This document shows, in pieces, positions 39,030-51,270 of a DNA stretch of 64,000 bases (position 1 is its first letter; the number at the start of each line of letters is the position of its first letter). The stretch lies in NCBI GenBank assembly GCA_973895155.1, contig OZ316898.1:7427079-7491078 (forward strand), in the 5' to 3' direction. The notes beneath the pieces are model-generated. The model was not told where the DNA came from. It worked only from the letters and a program-made list of their open reading frames with translations, and did no database searches. Both the position numbers and the translations under genes were made by a program. This stretch comes from Marsupella aquatica. Its lineage: Eukaryota; Plantae; Marchantiophyta.

Positions 39030-41388
39030 AAATGCACGTTTAATGAGAAAAAATTATCGTCTACCTAAATAAATTAATTAAAAAATTTGTCAACATTTGG
39101 TGATGCAAAATTGAACTATAATTTCTATCCAATTAAGGATTTACTCAAATCGATGCCCTAAAGTTTTGAATTATAATCTTCCATATTTTTGGTTTTTTGG
39201 TAACAATCGCTTTATTTACATGAACCAAGTAATCAAATACGCCAAAATTTGTTTGAGAACTTATTAGAGAGTCATCTTAAAAGCTCTAATACTCGTTTAC
39301 ACTTTTTTGTGGGGCATGTGAAAATGGATATAAAATATTATTTATATTAATTTACATTTTTTTTATAATTATTGTCCATTCGTGAATGATTTCTTCAAAC
39401 TTTTATTATATTTCCATAAAATTTAATGTTTCATTCGTATGATCAACAATCTCATGATAATTTTCTTCCAAGTTTTTTATGTCTGTTTTTACAATGTCAA
39501 GGTAGTTCAGACAGACTCAAGAAATTGGTAGTGATTTTTTATTTTATCATCATTAGATTACTTGATTTTAATTGATCATTTGTTACATCTTGCATATATA
39601 AACAATTAATTAAGATGGTCTATACAATGAGACTGTCATCAATTGACACTCTACAAATAAATGAAATTATCAGTGAACATTTCTTGTTAATTTTCTTCGC
39701 AAAGAATATTTACAAATATCATTTTTTCTCTAATAATTTTTGTATCATGTCACAAGGATGTAGAGATGAGTTCTTTTATTAGTTTACCTCTAAAGATGAG
39801 TAGATTTATGTTTTTTGCTCTCAAAACTATAATTTTTTATCAAGTCTACTGTCTATACTTGTATTCTATACTTTTGATCAATCCGATAGACTGACATGTT
39901 CATGATGCTATTGGCCTTCAATAAAATATTGTCATCACTCTCTTCTCACAAGGTTGACTAAATCATACAAATATATTTAAAAATAATTATTTTATGAAAA
40001 GAATATTATCATGGAAAAATAGATAATATCGCACAATAATTGATGAGAATTTACCAAATTCAAATTTTTTTTGTAGCAAACGTAATACATTGCATGTGTA
40101 ACCCAATCCTTTGTTGTCCATTCAACTCTTGTCTCACACAACAATGAGCACCTCTTTACTTCACTACTCTAGAATGATTCACTATTCTCCCCTAAATTGG
40201 TAGGAGCAAAGAAAACTTAGACGAGTGTACAGGTTATGAGGAGGTGGATATCATAGTAATTTTGGTAAAAATATTACATCTAAATTACACGTGTATATTT
40301 TGGGGTTACAACATCTCGACTTAAAATGACAAACAAGATCATAAATCGGGTATCTATGCTTGTAACGGATTGTCGATTTATAAAAAGACGAGGAACGAGA
40401 GAAGGAAGCAACAACTCTAAAGCAAGAAAGCAACAATAGACTGAGTGCACAGGTGCCAGTTGGGTTTCCAAATCATGTTATCATACTTCGATCCCCTTTC
40501 TTTTATACGTAAGATGAAATTACTATTATTAGACAAGATATTAAGGATACTAATAATTATTAGGTTTAGAATGAGAACTGATACTACTAAATACTGAGAA
40601 TTTTTGAATGACTAATTTTTTTCAAGTCGGGAAACTCGACTTCAACTTTTTGTAAATAAAACTAAGAAGGGACCTTGACTAAGATTTGGAGTTCTTTGTG
40701 GGCGATCGTGAACCTGTGACACTACAATAGCAAGGGGCATAAGACACAACCAATGAACTAAGAAGATTAGTATAACCCTTATCGCTCTCGGACTCTAGAC
40801 CCTGGTTGGGAAGGTAGACACCAATCTGTCTGAGACCTATTGGTATCCTTGCCCTCATAAAGCTGCATATGAACGAAGATACACAACATTGGAGATTAAA
40901 ATAGTACATATTAATTGCGAGAAGGTTGCACTTACCAAGGACGCAAATTACAACAAGTTGAGGGACTACATCACCCAGCTATATATCAACAAAGAAGGCT
41001 TTCAATCCATAGCAGAGACAATTCTAGTAGTCCCCGCAAAGTACTTTAAGCCAAAGGGCGATCAAAAGCTAACTCAAGCAGAGTTTGACAAGATCCTTAT
41101 CAAACACTTGTCAAGGAGCTTAAGAGACTTTTCTCCTAAAAAACTACCTACTATGTGCTCCATGTCATACCAGGATCACAAAGGATTGACAAAACTTCTG
41201 AAATATGCTTACAATGTCTAATCACTCCATACATAAGTAGTTTCAACTCTCCACTTCTAGAGAGTTAGTCCCCTTGACTACTTTTGCATTCACACCCTTC
41301 TCCTCACCTCTACTCCAAGCATCAGTAAGGGGGATCTCCACTCCAAGCTGTCACTTAGAGTAGATTCTCACACAAATACCCAAGAATC

Positions 41389-41680
41389 CAAAGTACTTTC
41401 CTCTTCAAGCTTAAGTCTCCTCAAGACCCTCGAAGTAGTGTTATTCCTCAACCTTGCCCCCCTGGCCTTGGTTTGGGTCCACACATCCCCTTTGAGCTGT
41501 AGAGAAGGCTCCTCTATCTAAGGACTCTTCCTCTTGTTCTTACTTCTTGTTAACACCACACACCAAGCAAAGTACTTTCCACCCTCAAGCTATAATCCTT
41601 TCTAAGTCTCAAAGTAGTGCTCTACCTTAACCTTGTCTCCTTGGCCTTGGTTTTGTACTAGCACATCCTCTTGAGCTTAG
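41389..41680. repeat. Diverged ~110-bp direct repeat (copies ~180 bp apart) in an LTR-like region, probably the older element into which the Copia inserted
   Basis: caaagtactttcc..tcaagct..aagtagtg..aaccttg..tggccttggttt..cacatcc..ttgagct at ~41389 and ~41568. Confidence 0.6.
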
Positions 41681-42265
41681 ACCAAGATTACACCATAGCA
41701 TGGACTCTTCTCTTGCTCTCATACACTTCAAATGCACTCACACTTAATGGTCACAATGAAGATTGACAAATCTCTTTTGATTGTATCAACTTTACAACAA
41801 AAATTTACTACACATTCTCCACACTAAGCATAGACCACCTCTCCCTTCTCAAGCTTAGCCCTACCTTGGCAAGGTAGAGATTCCACTTAAGAGATGAGAA
41901 TCCCAGTCTCTAACAAATAAAAACTTCATCCTTATATACTATTCTCCTTTCACACCACACCAAACTTGACCTGGGGTCCAACTACTCCTCCCCCAAGTCC
42001 TCCTAACACACAAAGTCCAACTCTATAGTTCGTAGCCCACCCTACAACCTATTGTTTGGCCTCCTTCCAAGCCCTAAAATATGCCACACATGAGTTGCAT
42101 GCTTTGACCTCCAAACCTTCTTCCATTTATGGTCCTCCTCACCAGCTTCCCAACCCACTTGAAAGCTCACAAAAAAAGTGAGTGAGTCTCAAATTGTGCC
42201 TAGTCAAAGTTGGTCTTATTTTACTTGTAACCCTTTTACTACCCTAAGTAAACTACCCCCTATAT

Positions 42266-42591
42266 TGTGGGGAGAAATCAGATCAAGAAAAACATTCCAA
42301 ACATGCACGTGCTCAATAGTTACGTGGTTCGCCTCAAGGTTGGCTACGTCCACGGGAAGACCAAGCTTTATTAGCGGTTATGTGTGTACTCAAGCATCAC
42401 CATAGCTCTCATCTCTTCAAGCTCTCATCTCTTGCTATATCCCTGTGTTCTCTCTTGAGAACTCTCTTGTGTGTGTTCTCACACCACATACAAGTTGAAG
42501 AGATAAGGATCAATCTCTTCAACTAGGGTTTACTCTAATCCTAGTTAACATCCTAACCATAGTTCAACCCAAGATTGAGTTAACCTCTACA
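42266..42591 (-). repeat. Copia 3' LTR (326 bp)
   Basis: tgtggggagaaatcag...aacctctaca. Matches 50205-50449 apart from a 39-bp indel and a few small changes. Adjacent PPT at 42594-42603 (caagggggag on the - strand). Confidence 0.9.
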
Positions 42592-42783
42592 AACTCCCCC
42601 TTGACTCACGTCTTGGGAGAGTTTATAATATTGTCTTTTCCTTACAAGTTCCTCCGCGGGAAGTTCAAGACAGTAAAGCCAAAAGGCCCTTCCCCTAATG
42701 CAAGGGTTTACTAGAACTAAGTCGTAGCCGATAAGCCATCGGATGGAGTACTCATATAGAGACATTTTCTTGGTTAACTCTAT

Positions 42784-43299
42784 TTACAATATTCGTAAAT
42801 AATTACAATGCCTTGAAAAACTATTGGAGTCTAATACTTTGGTAAAAGCATCCGCTGGATTAAGCTTTCCATCAATCTTGACAAGCTCAAATTCATCATC
42901 CGATAATGCCTGTCGGATGAAATGATAGCGGACATCAATGTGCTTTACCCTGCCATCCATCACCTGATTCTTGGCAGTGTAAATTGCACTTTGACTGTCA
43001 CAATGAAGATACACAGAATCTTGTGATAAGCCCATCTCTTTGACAAGCTTTTTCAACCAAATGGTCTCTGATGCTGCTTCTGCTGGCGCTACATACTCGA
43101 CATCCATAGTAGACTTTGCAACACACTTTTGGAGAGTAGACTTCCAACTAATGCATCCACCAGCAAGTATAAATACATATCCAGTTGTTGATATCCTCTT
43201 ATCCAGATCACCTACGTAGTCTGCATCCACATAACCTTGAAGCACTTTCATATTGTTTGAACTTGCATCAAACAATAAACCCTTCTTAGCTGTATGACA
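42784..43299 (-). pseudogene. Copia RNase H C-terminal part of pol
   Basis: GLLF..LQGYVDADYVGDLDKRISTTGYVF..ISWKSTLQ..LHCDSQSAI..KHIDVRYHFIR..NPADAFTK. Confidence 0.93.
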
Positions 43300-44340
43300 C
43301 TCAGGGTCAAGTGCAGAAGGATTCATTTAGAATTCTATGGCACAGATTGCTGCTTTCTTCTAAAACATTCTCCGATGGACGAAGAGTTGAATAAGATCCT
43401 GGATAAGGTGTCTACACAAATCATTGCTGAAGAAAGAGCAGGCTTGGAAGCTGAGTTGTCTTTGGAAGAATTACTTGCTGCTACGAAAGCCCTGGGAAAG
43501 TACAAAGCCCCTGGTCACGATGGGATTCCGGGCACATTTAGGGCCTATATTACTTGCGGGAATCAAACATGGTGTTCAGCAGGGGGCGATTCAGTAAGTA
43601 TTGGTTGAAGGGATTAATCATTCTCCTTATGAAGAAAGGGGATGAACTCAAAATCAAAAATTAACAACAGACCCATTTTCTTGTTGACGGTTGTTTATAA
43701 AGTGGGTACTTAAAGTGTTTCAACTCAGGACGGTTCGAATCCTAATCGAATTATCTCGCATCAACAGTACGCCTATCTTCCCGGTAGATCTATCCATAAT
43801 ACCTAGTACTCACTAATAATACCAATCATGCAACTCCATGTCTTCCTCGGATCCATATGTGTGCCTCAAAATTGGATGTCATCCTTTGACAGTGTGCAAT
43901 GGTTGTTCATTGAGAAGTTGTTGTTCATTTGAGAAGCTGATGGATAAGATGGGATTTGGGGTGTTCTTTATTGGCTTCTTTCGGGCCATTACTTGTAATG
44001 CGTCGTCTGCCATTATGATTAATTAATGGACGAGTTACAAAATCTTTTGCCATCACAATTATATCCATCAGACAAGGATGCCCGATATGTCCATTATTCT
44101 TCATTTTGGCTATTCAAGGTTTGGATGGACTTTTAACGGAGAAACTCTCCGAGGGACTATTAGACGGTGTACGCTTCAGGGAGGTGGGTTCACAGCTTGC
44201 ACATCAATTGTATGCAGACAACACTTTGGTTATTGTGAAGGGAAATCGTGATAATATCAACAGATGTAAGGAATACTTTGATGCTTATGCTGTGGCATCT
44301 GGTTTAGCCTATGACTGGATCTTTTTTTGGATCTGTTTTG
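43300..44340 (+). pseudogene. LINE (L1/Tx1-like) reverse transcriptase fragment inside the Copia
   Basis: LSLEELL..KAPGHDGIP, GLIILLMKKGD, QYAYLPGRSIHN, IRQGCPICPLFF and HQLYADNT; frameshifted. Confidence 0.85.
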
Positions 44341-44354
44341 GCAATGTCAAAGCC

Positions 44355-45512
44355 ACGGCAAAGCTGTGGCACTTCAGATTGGGTCACATCATGAGTGAAA
44401 AAGGTTTGGCTATTCTTCAGAAAAAATGATTATTATTTACTTTCTAATTTAAGTTAGAATTCTGTGAGCATTGTGTGCTTGGAAAGCAACACAGGAAACC
44501 CTTTGGAGTTGGAACTCACACCAGCAAGGAGGTACTTGAGTATGTACATAGTGATGTGTGCGGACCAGCCCCTACTCCCTCACATTCTGGATGAGTTTAC
44601 TATGTGACGTTCATTGATGATCATTACTCAAGGTATGTGTGGATATATACTTTGTACACAATAAGTCTAATGTTTTTGGCACTTTTAAGGAGTGCAAAGC
44701 CCAAGTTGAGAATCAGACTGGTAACAAGGTGAGATTTCTTCTATTGGATAACGGTGGTGAATACGGTTCTGATGAATTTGGAATGTATTGTAAGGAGCAG
44801 GGGATTACACGCCATCTCACAACAAGTTATACTCCTCAACAGAATCATGGTGTTTTTGAGAGACTCAACCGAACACTATTGGAGCGCTCGAGGAGTATGT
44901 TGAGCCAATCATGCTTACCACATAAATTTTTGGTAGAAGCAGTCAACACTGCAGTTTATTTGGTAAATTTCTCTCCATCCAGTGCAATTGAATTCAAGAC
45001 GCCATTTGAAATGAGGTGCGGGCGTCATGCGGATTATTCACATCTGAAGGTTTTTGGATGTGATGCTTATGTGCTTACGCCTACCCAGCTTTCGTCTAAG
45101 TTTGAGTCCAAGGGGAAAGTGCCATTTTTCTTGGATATCAGAAAGGTGTAAAACTTAATGTTATATATAGGTTATGGGATCTAACTTAATTAGTTGTCAG
45201 TAGAGATCTTGGTATAGATGTTTCCTTTAATGAATCCAGATCATCAAAGGAGGGGGAGAGTTATCTGGGCTCCCATACTGACAAGGGAAAATCTCCTATC
45301 CCGGACCAGGTTTTTGGGGGGGGTGATAAGTCATGATGATGTTCATGACAGGAGAGAAAGAGATGCTCCAAGTATAGAGGTAGTTCCTATGATGGAACAA
45401 GAGCCGGAGCATGCAGATTGATGTTGGTGTACCTCAAATTCAGCCAGCAGTAGCAGAAGATCAGCCAGCCTTAGTAAATCATCTACTAGAAGAACTTCCA
45501 ATCGTTCTACTA
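44355..45512 (+). pseudogene. Inverted fragment of a second Copia (GAG-pre-integrase and integrase)
   Basis: LWHFRLGH, FCEHCVLGKQ, LEYVHSDVCGP, DNGGEY, YTPQQNHGVFERLNRTLLE and LKVFGC on the + strand. Confidence 0.88.
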
Positions 45513-45513
45513 A

Positions 45514-48500
45514 CATGTAGCGCAAAATCCATTTCACTACTTCCCAATGGACTTTTCCTGGATTTGCCATGTATCTGCTTACCTTGCTAACGGCATAAGC
45601 TATGTCTGGTCGGGTGCATACCATGAGATACATTAAACTGCCCATAGCACTTTCATAAGGAACTGTGGACATCAAACTTTTTTCTGTTGCATCCGATGGA
45701 CAAAATGCTGCAGAAATATTGAAATGCCTTGCCAAAGGAACACTCACAGCCTTAGCATCTGCCATGTTGAATTTTGAGAGCACCTTCTCTGCATATCTTT
45801 TTTGCGTCAACCAAAGTTTGGCTTTGTTCACATCCCTGACAATCTCCATGCCTAGGATCCTCTTGGCTGTGCCCAAGTCCTTCATCTTAAACTTAGAACT
45901 GAGTTGGGCCTTAAGCTTATCAACTTCGCCCCTATCCTTTGCTGCAATGAGCATGTCATCCACATAAAGTACAAGGATGACAAACTTAAAACCTGTGTTG
46001 TTCACACGCCTGATGTAAACACATGGATCGTACACGCTTTGCACAAATCCAAGCGATTTCAAAAATTCATCAAAACGCTTGTTCCACTGCCTTGGGCTCT
46101 GCTTTAATCCATACAAGGATTTTAGCAATTTGCATACCAAATTTTCCTTGCCCTTTTGTACAAAACCCTCTGGTTGCCTCATGTAAATCACCTCATCCAA
46201 CGATCCATATAAGAATGCCGTGACAACATCCATTTGATCTAAAACTAGATCAAATAAAACTACAAGAGCACATAGCAAACGTATTGTTGAATACTTTGCT
46301 ATGGGTGAAAAAACCTCATTGTAGTCTATACCTTTCTGTTGAGTAAAACCCTTGGCTACCAACCGAGCCTTAAATATCTTCTCAGCATCCTCCGTGGGTC
46401 CATCTTTCTTTCTATACACCCACTTGCTGTCAACAACCTGCTTGTCACTAGGTAGACTTGTGAGTTCCCAAGTCTTGTTATCATGAAGTGATTTCATTTC
46501 CATGCGCATCGCCGCCTGCCATTGTTGCTTCTCCATAGAAGCTAGGACCTCTCGAAATGAGGATGGATCTCCATCTTCTGTCACCAATGCATCAATAGAT
46601 TCTTCATCCAAATCCACTTGATCAGAAGGAAGCCAAGTTCCATACCTTTCTCGGGCTTGACGTTTGCGAGTTCCTCTTCGCACTGAAGACTCTGGCTGAT
46701 CTAATTGTAGTGTGCTTTGCCTTACAGTGGTGTCAACATATTCTTCATCTGACACATCCTTTCCCCTTAAATCCTCTAGAGGAGGAGATTGCTCTTTGTT
46801 AGTAGTAGGGAATTGATCTATCTCCCCCTCCTTCAATGATTTTTCTTCATTGAAGGATACATCCCGACTAACAAGTAACTTGCAATCAACTGGATCCCAC
46901 AACCGATAACCTTTAACTTCACGCTGATAACCAAGAAAAATGCATTTCTGGGCTCTAGGATCTAGCTTAGTCCTATTGTTGCTAGGAACATGTGCATATG
47001 CTTCACAGCCAAAAACCCTAAGCTTTGAATAATCAGCAGGTCGATTGTGCCATAACTCAAAGGGGGTTTTGTAAGTAATTGCTCGACTAGGAGAGAGATT
47101 TACTAGATAAGCAGCAATGTTCACAGCTTCCGCCCAAAAGATTTGTGGCAATTTAGAATGGCTCAACATGCTCCTTCTCACTCCAACAATGTGCGGTTGA
47201 GTCGCTCAGCAACACCATTTTGCTCAGGAGTGTACACAGTTGTGAAATGGTGAGTAATTCTCTTATTTGCACAATACGTGTTGAACTCGCCAGAGGTGTG
47301 TTCACCACCATTATCTGATCGTAGATATCTCACATTCTTTGCAGTCTGTGTCTCAACTTGAGCTACCCATTGTTTGAAGATGGAAAGCACTTCAAACTTA
47401 TGGGCAATGAAATAAATCCAAACAAACCTTGAGTAATCATTGATAAATGATACATAGTATTGTTTGCCTGAATGCGAGGAAACCGGAGCAGGACCCCACA
47501 CATCGGAATGAATATACTCAAGTACAACTTTAGAATGATGAATAGCAGTCGGAAATGGAGTTCTTGTTTTCTTGCCGACAATGCAATGATCACAAAAACT
47601 CAACTTGCATGCTTGCAATCCTGGTAGGAGATGTCGCTTGTGTAAAATTTCCAAACTTTTTTCACTCATGTGACCAAGCCGAGCATGCCATAAATTGATT
47701 TTCTCCTCCTGAGATGTGACCAAATTGACTTCGGCAGGAAGGGTGGTGCCTTCCAAGACATAGATGTTTCTTTTCCTCTTGCCAATAAGAACTTCAGTTG
47801 ATCCATGCGTGACTGTTAACACCCCATCAGTTGCACTCCATTGATAATCCTTCGCATCCAAGTAGCCAAGAGAAATCAAATTCTTACACATTTCTGGAAT
47901 GTGTCTGACATTTGATAGAGTACAGTACTTGCCACCAGGTAGTTGAATCTTTACGGATCCAATCCCTAAAACTTTGCAAGAATGATTATTTCCCATCAAA
48001 ACAGATCCGTTGATAGGAGTGTAGGATGAGAAAAATTCACGCATATAACACATGTGATACGAGCAAGCGGAATCCAAAATCCATTGACAATCCTCAACTT
48101 GGGAAGTGGTACACAATGCAAATCCTTCACTATCCTCTTCTTGAACAACTACTTGGGCTGAAGAACCGGCAACTTCCTTGAATGTGTCTTTGACGCGACA
48201 ATCCTTCTTCATGTGGCCCACTTTATCACACTTCCAACACTTTATCTCACGAGTAGACTTGGATGGTGATTTGGATCGAGATCTAGATCTGGATCTAAAC
48301 CTTCTCCTACCAAAAGATCGGTCGTGGAACCTTCCTCGCTCCATGGGAAGTGGGTTAAACCTTTTGTTTTCATGAGATGGCTCCCTTGATTTGCCTCTTT
48401 CTACCAACAGTGCTGTTGATGATGAGGTTGAGGTAGGATGAGCTGAAGAAACCAACTTAGACTGCATGTCATCGGTCAACAGGGCACTCACCACATCATT

Positions 48501-49034
48501 GTAGGATATAGTTGTCTTATCACGGAATAGAAGAACTCGAGACAAAGATTGGTACGAAGGTGGTAGTGAGCTCAAGAGTTGTAAGGCTTTCTTTTCTTCG
48601 CTCAAATGCTCCCCCAAATTCTCTAGGTCAACCACAAGATCATTGAACTGATCGATATGATCTTGAATCTTGACTCCATCAGCCATTTTGAATTGCATGA
48701 GCTTCAGGCTTGCATACATTCGGTTTGACATCTCCTTCTTGTAGTACTTGTTGCGCAATGCTTGAAACAAGTCCGTCACCGTTTGTGTTGATTTTTCCTC
48801 GAACTGCTTCTTCACATTGTTTTTCAGGTACATTCCAACAATGCTTACCGCTTGATCCTGAAGATCATGCCAATCATCATCTTCCATCTCCTTGGGTTGA
48901 GATCTTAGTACCTTGCCTAGGCCCATCGCCCTAAGTGCATCCCTCACATTACGTTCCCACATTGTATAGTCCATCCGACCATCAAATTTTTCCACCTCAA
49001 ACCTTTGACCTCCAATCCTAGTAGTCGCCATCAC
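45514..49034 (-). CDS. Copia gag-pol polyprotein (Gag, CCHC, PR, INT, RT), frameshifted at ~47180
   Basis: FEVEKFDGR, CWKCDKVGHMKKDC, WILDSACSYHMC, LWHARLGH, HSDVWGP, SDNGGE, KARLVAKGF, QMDVVTAFL and LYVDDMLI. Confidence 0.93.
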
Positions 49035-50190
49035 TAGAATGCCAAATGTAGTGTGGAGTTGCCTTCCAACAAGAAATAAATGTCGAATGCTCAGATGCGG
49101 GGTGTGAAAATAAGGCTAAAAATGAAAGTTGGTGAATTTTGAAACTGATCACTCCTGTGTGTAGCCCACAAGGTAATGCTCCAAATGCTGAAAACGGTTT
49201 GTCAAACGGACTCTCGAGTGTCGAGAATTTTTACTCTGACCGGAGGGGGGTAAAAAATGAAATAAATACCCCTCGAGGGAATCTTTTATGCCAAAGATTC
49301 CACTAGTATGCGTTTCCAAAATTGAGCACACCAATGCTTGCCTAGCTTCCCCAAGTACACCTCTCCAAAAGTTGAAGTTGATTCGATTTTGTTTGCCGCT
49401 CAGAATCTTTGACCTTCGGTAAAAATTTAAGCCTCTGGAAAAGGAATCTTTTCGGGAAATTCCGTCCGCCCTTGTACAGCCCCTGTGGGGGAAATTCACA
49501 GGGGGCACTTCCCCCTGCCCGAGCCCTGTCGAGCCCTAAAAGGCCTCCTCGAAGTTTTCGACCTCCTCGTGCGTCGGCGGAAGTCGCGACTACTCGTGGC
49601 AGAAAGTACCCCTCGGCGGATTCACTCAAATTCCCGTCTCAGTTTTTGACGAAATCCAATTCTGATTTCAGATTCAGAAACTAGACTTCGAGGGCATCAA
49701 GATCGATATAAAGAACTCGCAAAACGGTGGATTAATGAGGGAGAAACGATTCATTGAAAGTGACTGATATTAAGTTATCCGCCATAGCCAAAATTTCGAG
49801 CTCAAAAAAATGAGAATTGAAATTAAGATTACTTCTCAACTGTTTGACGAAATCCAGCGATGTTGATATCGAAACGTCTAGAAAGACGAGGCGCTCAAAC
49901 GTGTCTCAGTTTCAAGTCCCGATAGAACAATCAAAAAGACTGATCTGAGAAATTGACCTTATCTCTTGCCCGATAACGCAAATTGAAAACTGTCACTTAC
50001 AATTGTTTCCGTTTTTGACCTCAGGCCTTCATTGTTTCACTGAAATGAGCCCCTGGTTGTGTGCTCCACACTTGTGAGAAGATTGAGTCCGATCTTCTTC
50101 CAATAGCTCCGCTTTGAAGAGGAAATCATCCGCTGTTCGCTTTGCTTGAAGCAAGTTCTATGGAGTTCCTAATCGACTGAAAAAATCTGA

Positions 50191-50202
50191 GCTCTGATAC
50201 CA
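50191..50202 (-). promoter_or_regulatory. Primer-binding site (tRNA-iMet) of the Copia element
   Basis: gctctgatacca reads TGGTATCAGAGC on the - strand, 2 nt from the LTR end. Confidence 0.92.
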
Positions 50203-50204
50203 AT

Positions 50205-50449
50205 TGTGGGGAGAAATCAGATCAGGAAAACACTCCAAACATGCACGTGCTCAATAGTTACGTGGTTCGCCTCAAGGTTGGCTACGTCCATGGGCAGACC
50301 ATAGCTCTCATCTCTTCAAGCTCTCATCTCTTGCTATATCCCTGCGTTCTCTCTTGAGAACTCTCTTGTGTGTGTTCTCACACCACATACAAGTTGAAGA
50401 GATAAGGATCAATCTCTTCAACTAGGGTTTACTCTAACCCTAGTTAACA
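50205..50449 (-). repeat. Copia 5' LTR, cut by the CACTA insertion
   Basis: Matches 42266-42550, then switches abruptly to CACTAGTAGAAA; the last 41 bp seen in the other LTR are missing. Confidence 0.9.
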
Positions 50450-51270
50450 CACTAGTAGAAACTGAGGGGTATTTAGACCCCATTAAACGACTATTCAATA
50501 CCGTATAGGACTTGGAAACGACTGGGAAGGACTCTAGTCCTTTATAGGACTGTGAGTCGTATGTTTTGTTACTATAATCAACTGAGTCCTTTATAGAACT
50601 GGTTTATAAGTCGTTTAATAGACTGGATTTTCAGTCTATTTTAGTCTTTGTGTGGGTAGCTTTGGTGAGTCGTTTTTAGTCTTTTATGGGCTGCGATGAT
50701 GAGTCGTTGGGAACGACTAAAAAGGTTATGGAGGGTAGTCTTTAAATATACTTTGTGGGGTATGTATAAGTCTTTCATGTCAACTGGATATGAGTGATGA
50801 AGACCCCACTATACTACTTGGAATGAACCCACTCTTGTGCACAAATAACATATTGCATTCATGTTTTATTGTGTCCTTGGAATGAACTCACTCTATAAGT
50901 TCACCATTCATCATGTTAACATTAGAATACATAGTTTCAGAAAGCCATCTTCTATACCATGTACACTAATATGAATTCACAGATTCAAACAGACTACAAA
51001 GAAGGTCACAAAGTATTCCTCTATACCATACACACTAATACTGAAATGATAAAATAGATTCAAGTATCATAGACAATCACCATAGAGCCATAGTTTGACA
51101 TCAATCACTTGTTTCATACATACAGAATTCAGAAATATCAATGTCACACACAACGTCTCCTTCATCCTCTTTACCAAATGGAAAAATTGGTACAGATATT
51201 TCTTGGATCTTTCCAAGGCAATGTCAAAATGTGACACAATTCACATGATGCTATCTACACTTGCATTCAG

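Larger units (their letters stand above)
42266..50449 (-). mobile_element. Ty1/Copia LTR retrotransposon (disrupted; 5' LTR interrupted by CACTA insertion)
   Basis: 3' LTR 42266-42591; partial 5' LTR 50205-50449; tRNA-iMet PBS; PPT; domain order gag-PR-INT-RT-RH. Confidence 0.95.

Noticed and set aside
40097-40310. TGTAACCC...GGGTTACA as a small solo LTR
   Set aside because: Flanks (gcatg / acatc) do not form a convincing TSD.
40889-41221. 110-aa ORF in the LTR-like region
   Set aside because: No ATG start and no recognisable motif; cannot be supported as a gene.
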